A stretch of DNA of 48,865 nt from Nanoarchaeota archaeon SCGC AAA011-G17 (GTDB taxonomy: Archaea > Nanobdellota > Nanobdellia > SCGC-AAA011-G17): NCBI GenBank assembly GCA_000402515.1, contig AQRL01000033.1:1-48865 (forward strand). The letters run 5' to 3'. Each line of letters begins with the position of its first letter. Within the stretch, counting starts at the first letter, position 1. Position numbers and translations under genes: made by a program. The notes under the pieces were generated by a model, which was not told the DNA's origin, ran no database searches, and worked only from the letters and a program-made list of their open reading frames with translations. Positions 45,555 through 48,865 of this stretch are shown here, in pieces.

Positions 45555-45752
45555 ATGGCCAAAAAAAGCGCTTTAGACTGGATTGCTATGGTTCTATTGA
45601 TTATTGGTGGTCTAAATTGGGGATTAGTCGGGTTATTTAATTACAACCTTGTAGAATCTCTTTTTGGGTCTATACCCATAATCGGGACTATAGTATATGT
45701 ATTAGTAGGATTGTCTGCACTTTATATGATATATACCGCAGCAAAGATGTAA
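45555..45752 (+). CDS. DUF378 family small membrane protein
   Basis: LDWIAMVLLIIGGLNWGLVGLFNYNLVESLFG is the DUF378 signature. Confidence 0.7.
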   Translation: MAKKSALDWIAMVLLIIGGLNWGLVGLFNYNLVESLFGSIPIIGTIVYVLVGLSALYMIYTAAKM

Positions 45753-45761
45753 TTCTTTTTT

Positions 45762-46193
45762 TTATTTCATTTTTTTTGTAATATCAATATTCTTCCCACA
45801 CTTAGAGCACTGAAAACGAACTGCTTCTACTGTTTCTTTTTTTCCTGTTTCTTCATTAAGTCTTTGTACTTTTTTTCTTTTGAAAGATGCCTGCAATTCA
45901 TCTGAATGCTGGCAGTGCGGACAAATATACTCAATATTAATATTCAATGTATCCTCATATTCCCCACAGTCAACTGTATATTTACATTCTGGACAGATGT
46001 ATTCTTTTGCCCTTATCTTTGGTCTGCCTGTTTTTTCATCTTTTGGCTTCCCCATAATTCCTTTTCCGCATTTTGGACATTTGCCTCTGAAGACCCAAGA
46101 TTTTATCTTTCCATTTTCAAATAACCTATTAGTAAAATAGATACATTCATCCATTGATTTTGGCTGTTGAAGAGTCATTCTAATCTTATTCAA
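45762..46193 (-). CDS. Zinc-ribbon protein (four CxxC pairs), directly downstream of the DGR-2 RT
   Basis: CPKCGKG, CPECKY, CPHCQH and CSKCGK. It starts 27 nt after the RT stop on the same strand. Confidence 0.5.
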   Translation of the reverse strand: MNKIRMTLQQPKSMDECIYFTNRLFENGKIKSWVFRGKCPKCGKGIMGKPKDEKTGRPKIRAKEYICPECKYTVDCGEYEDTLNINIEYICPHCQHSDELQASFKRKKVQRLNEETGKKETVEAVRFQCSKCGKNIDITKKMK

Positions 46194-46220
46194 ATTTGTT
46201 GTTTATAAAAATTTCTAATA

Positions 46221-47324
46221 TTAAATTTTTGTTTCTCTTAATAATCTATTCACTTCTATTGATGAAATCTGATTAGAAAACATATACTCAAAATCTTTAG
46301 TGAACTGCTTTCTTAATTTATAAGTATCTGCATGCTTAGCATAAGCAATCCATCCTTCAAAACTTGCATAAATTTTATCATAATCAATCTTCCTTTCATT
46401 TAATTTGTATTTTGTTAATTTATTTCTCATCTTTTTTATATTTCTTTTATTTAATAACTTATGATAATAAAATACCCTGAAGCCCAATAAACTAATTCCT
46501 TTGCTTAATAAAATTATTTTGGATTTATCTGGATGCAATTCTAAGTTTATTGTTTTTAAAAAGGCACCAATCTTATTTTTATAATCAAATAATACCCCAT
46601 AATTATTATGAATTATCACAAAATCATCTACATATCTAATATAATATTTTGCCTTTAATTTATGTTTTACAAAATAGTCTAATTCATTAAGATAAACATT
46701 AGCAAAGAACTGGGAAGTTAGATTTCCCAATGGCATTCCTATCCCTTTATTTTTGGAATTAAAATTATCTAGTATTAATTTAATAAGCAATATTATTTTT
46801 TCATCTTTTATTTTTCTTTTAATAATCTCAATTAAAACTTTGTGAAAAACAGTATCAAAATAGTGCTTAATATCTGCCTTTAAAATATAAGCTTCCCTTG
46901 TATTATTCTTAGTAACTTTCCTTTTAAAATAATCAAATCTTTCCAATGCCTTAAATGCCCCCTTAAATTTTCTATTTGCATACGAATCAAAGATAAATAT
47001 TTTTTCAAATATTGGTTCAATAATATTACACAAAACATGGTGAATAATTCTGTCTTTAAAATCAGACTTGCTTATTTTTCTGGTCTTTGGATCCCTAAGG
47101 ATGAAGGTTTCCAAAGGTTTTGGCCTATAAGAATGAAACATAATTTCTGACCTTAATTGAAGCAGATTTTCCTTAAGATTCTTCTCAAACTCAACAACAT
47201 AATCTTTTTTTGTCTTATTTTTTCTTGCTTTTTTATATGCTAGTTTAATATTTTCATAACTACATAGAGAAATCCATAAATTAGTGTAAGTATGCATTTG
47301 ATTATTAAATGCCTTGGCAAACAC
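46221..47324 (-). CDS. DGR reverse transcriptase (DGR-2)
   Basis: GMPLGNLTSQFFANVYLNELDYFVKHKLKAKYYIRYVDDFVI is identical to the DGR-1 RT over this stretch. By alignment to RT-1 the likely true start is the ATG at 47297, which leaves a 32-nt TR-RT spacer. Confidence 0.9.
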   Translation of the reverse strand: MFAKAFNNQMHTYTNLWISLCSYENIKLAYKKARKNKTKKDYVVEFEKNLKENLLQLRSEIMFHSYRPKPLETFILRDPKTRKISKSDFKDRIIHHVLCNIIEPIFEKIFIFDSYANRKFKGAFKALERFDYFKRKVTKNNTREAYILKADIKHYFDTVFHKVLIEIIKRKIKDEKIILLIKLILDNFNSKNKGIGMPLGNLTSQFFANVYLNELDYFVKHKLKAKYYIRYVDDFVIIHNNYGVLFDYKNKIGAFLKTINLELHPDKSKIILLSKGISLLGFRVFYYHKLLNKRNIKKMRNKLTKYKLNERKIDYDKIYASFEGWIAYAKHADTYKLRKQFTKDFEYMFSNQISSIEVNRLLRETKI

Positions 47325-47329
47325 AGGAT

Positions 47330-47416
47330 TATTCCAACAAAACGAGCATTGTTGTTGATGTTGTTGTTACCATTAAGACCATTGTTGCAGTTGTCGCCAA
47401 CGAACAGCAAACGCCC
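47330..47416 (-). repeat. DGR-2 template repeat (TR2)
   Basis: 87 nt aligns without gaps to 47748-47834 at an offset of 418. There are 10 mismatches, all at TR T on the + strand (coding-strand A). TR encodes the AAY-rich GRLLFVGDNCNNGLNGNNNINNNARFVGI. Confidence 0.92.
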
Positions 47417-47606
47417 GCTATATAGCCTGCTTATCCTTAATTGCAATGCTGTTTCATCTGTTCAATATTTACTAAGTGTCACAGCTGTATTTTATAACCA
47501 TTAAATGGCCATGATAAACAGGCGTGTAGCCCTGAGATATCTAACTATCACAAATCAAGTTAAATAATACCAAGACAAAGTAAAAAAGAGAAAGAAGTTT
47601 AAAAAT

Positions 47607-48374
47607 TTATTTGTATAATGCTTTTATTTTATTTTCATATTCTTTTCTAGTTGCTTTTGGAACAAAATTTTTTGAAACCTTCAAAATTTGCTCTATAGTC
47701 GGTGCTGAAATTTTTTGCGCAGTGCCTTCGGCACTAGCACTACCACGTACCCCAACAAAACGAGCATAGTTGCCGATGCCGTAGTTACCAATAAGACCAT
47801 TGTTGCAGTAGTCGCCAACGAACAGCAAACGCCCTAATGGCTCATCTTTTAAATCATCACAATGCCAGATTCCTATATTATTTCCATAAACCTGTTTAAA
47901 TTTTTCAAGATATCTTTGGGCTCTTTCCTCTCCGCCAATAAAAGGGATAGTTTGGGGATGCTCCAATGCTCTTTCAACTGGAATTACTCCTGAACTTGAA
48001 CTTTTAAGCTTATCATAATCAATAACAAAAACATTCTTATTATCCCCTAAATCCAATAATCTCTGAAATTCATCTACCGGCATAACTCCTGCACCGTTTA
48101 TTCTCTCTGCATTTCTTATATTTTCAGGATTAGAAAGATAATTATCAACATGGACATATACAACTACTGGGTTTCCCTGCTTGGTTCTTCCTGTTGCCCT
48201 TATGCTTGGTGCAGTAAGCCAGTTGCTTAATAAGCTTGAACCTTTAGTTGCTAAAATTTTTGCGTCTATCAGTTCAGGCATGAATAAAGCATGACCGTAT
48301 TTCTGACAGCTTTCTAAGGCTGTAGCCATATCACTATTATAAAACTCTTTTGCTTGCTTTCTGTTTATTTCCAT
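47607..48374 (-). CDS. DGR-2 variable (target) protein, 255 aa, no signal peptide
   Basis: VR encodes aa 181-209 (GRLLFVGDYCNNGLIGNYGIGNYARFVGV). The 46-aa tail is conserved with target 1 (...EGT...P..ILKV.K...). Confidence 0.85.
   Translation of the reverse strand: MEINRKQAKEFYNSDMATALESCQKYGHALFMPELIDAKILATKGSSLLSNWLTAPSIRATGRTKQGNPVVVYVHVDNYLSNPENIRNAERINGAGVMPVDEFQRLLDLGDNKNVFVIDYDKLKSSSSGVIPVERALEHPQTIPFIGGEERAQRYLEKFKQVYGNNIGIWHCDDLKDEPLGRLLFVGDYCNNGLIGNYGIGNYARFVGVRGSASAEGTAQKISAPTIEQILKVSKNFVPKATRKEYENKIKALYK
47748..47834 (-). repeat. DGR-2 variable repeat (VR2)
   Basis: See TR2. Confidence 0.92.
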
Positions 48375-48452
48375 TTTTAACTCCTTTTAATTATAAAATA
48401 GCCTTATTTTATTATTTATAAACCTTTCTATTTGTAACTACTTAATAATAGT

Positions 48453-48686
48453 CTAATCTTCTGTAGAATTATCGGTTTCGTTTGTTGGCAACCATTGTTT
48501 TTTGGTTGTATATGAGGTTACATCTTTTATGTTTACAAAGAGATTACCAACCCATGAGAACATTCCTTTTACAAAACTAGTCTTTTGGTCTCTTGTGTCA
48601 AGCCCTGTATCTTTCTGTATAAAGTAAGCTCCTATTAAAAGTACAATTATTGCCCCAATGATTATTTTTTTAAACATCTCTGACAA
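48453..48686 (-). CDS. Small membrane-anchored hypothetical protein
   Basis: ORF with an N-terminal TM helix (IIIGAIIVLLIGAYFI). Confidence 0.4.
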   Translation of the reverse strand: MSEMFKKIIIGAIIVLLIGAYFIQKDTGLDTRDQKTSFVKGMFSWVGNLFVNIKDVTSYTTKKQWLPTNETDNSTED

Positions 48687-48721
48687 GAAATTCTCTTCAA
48701 ATATATAACTTTTGGTTATAA

Positions 48722-48865
48722 GTAACCGTTTAGCTACTCCAGAACAATAATCAAAAAATAGTAGTTCTTATTACTAATTTTTGGGGGTTGGAGTGAGGAA
48801 CGAATGGAAACCCCCAATGAATTGAAAGATTTGAGCAGAGAAGAATTAATAGAAATAATTCTTGA
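48722..48865 (+). mobile_element. Left end of an IS66-family-like insertion sequence, truncated by the window edge
   Basis: It begins GTAACCGTTTAGCT, the inverted repeat of 197-210. A GGAGTGAGG Shine-Dalgarno-like sequence and the ATG at 48804 open a transposase frame. Confidence 0.6.
48804..48865 (+). CDS. Transposase N-terminal fragment, 3'-partial
   Basis: METPNELKDLSREELIEIIL... runs open to the window end. It has a Leu-zipper-like N-terminus as in IS66-type TnpC. Confidence 0.45.
   Translation, partial: METPNELKDLSREELIEIIL

Noticed and set aside
47240-47446. 68-aa ORF spanning TR2
   Set aside because: Same situation as TR1. It encodes the Asn-rich TR2 peptide (GRLLFVGDNCNNGLNGNNNINNNARFVG) and overlaps the RT-2 5' end, so it is not an independent gene.
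1-48865. Circular replicon closing through the IS66-like element (transposase 3' part at the start, 5' part at the end)
   Set aside because: There is no sequence overlap between the two ends. The content is core chromosomal (ribosomal superoperon, aaRS genes). Two IS copies, or a contig break in a repeat, is the simpler explanation.

Overview
This is an AT-rich archaeal chromosomal fragment. Gene content and reduced operon structure suggest a DPANN-type (Nano-, Woese- or Pacearchaeota-like) genome; that assignment is inference. The core, 29.5-45.3 kb on the minus strand, is the archaeal ribosomal-protein superoperon: rpl3-rpl4-rpl23-rpl2-rps19-rpl22-rps3-rpl29-aIF1-Rpp29-rps17-rpl14-rpl24-rps4e-rpl5-rps14-rps8-rpl6-rpl32e-rpl19e-rpl18-rps5-rpl30-rpl15-secY-DUF106-rpl34e-rpl14e-(unknown ORF)-aIF6-pfdA. 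The rest holds housekeeping genes (ValRS, class I LysRS, Cbf5, Hjc, a fused primase, rps19e-rpl39e-rpl31e), cell-surface genes and small accessory modules. The main finding is two paralogous diversity-generating retroelements (DGRs) that bracket the superoperon. Each has a small target gene with an internal variable repeat (VR), a ~200-nt spacer, a template repeat (TR) and a reverse transcriptase, with no avd gene. DGR-1 spans 27389-29453 and DGR-2 spans 46221-48374. By hand alignment every TR/VR mismatch (12/12 and 10/10) sits at a TR adenine on the coding strand. Both VRs are followed by a conserved GAA-loop hairpin. The second theme is bulge-helix-bulge (BHB) splicing. A 16-nt BHB intron interrupts cbf5, and splicing rebuilds the catalytic Asp codon. 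A tRNA-Phe(GAA) carries two BHB introns at non-canonical positions 3/4 and 27/28, next to a free-standing LAGLIDADG endonuclease gene. Three genes (valS, rps19, a HEPN gene) are each broken by one extra base in a homopolymer of 8 nt or more. Both window edges lie inside IS66-like elements with matching inverted-repeat ends. A 29-nt promoter-proximal element is shared by the LAGLIDADG and Cas4-like nuclease genes. No CRISPR array or rRNA gene was seen.
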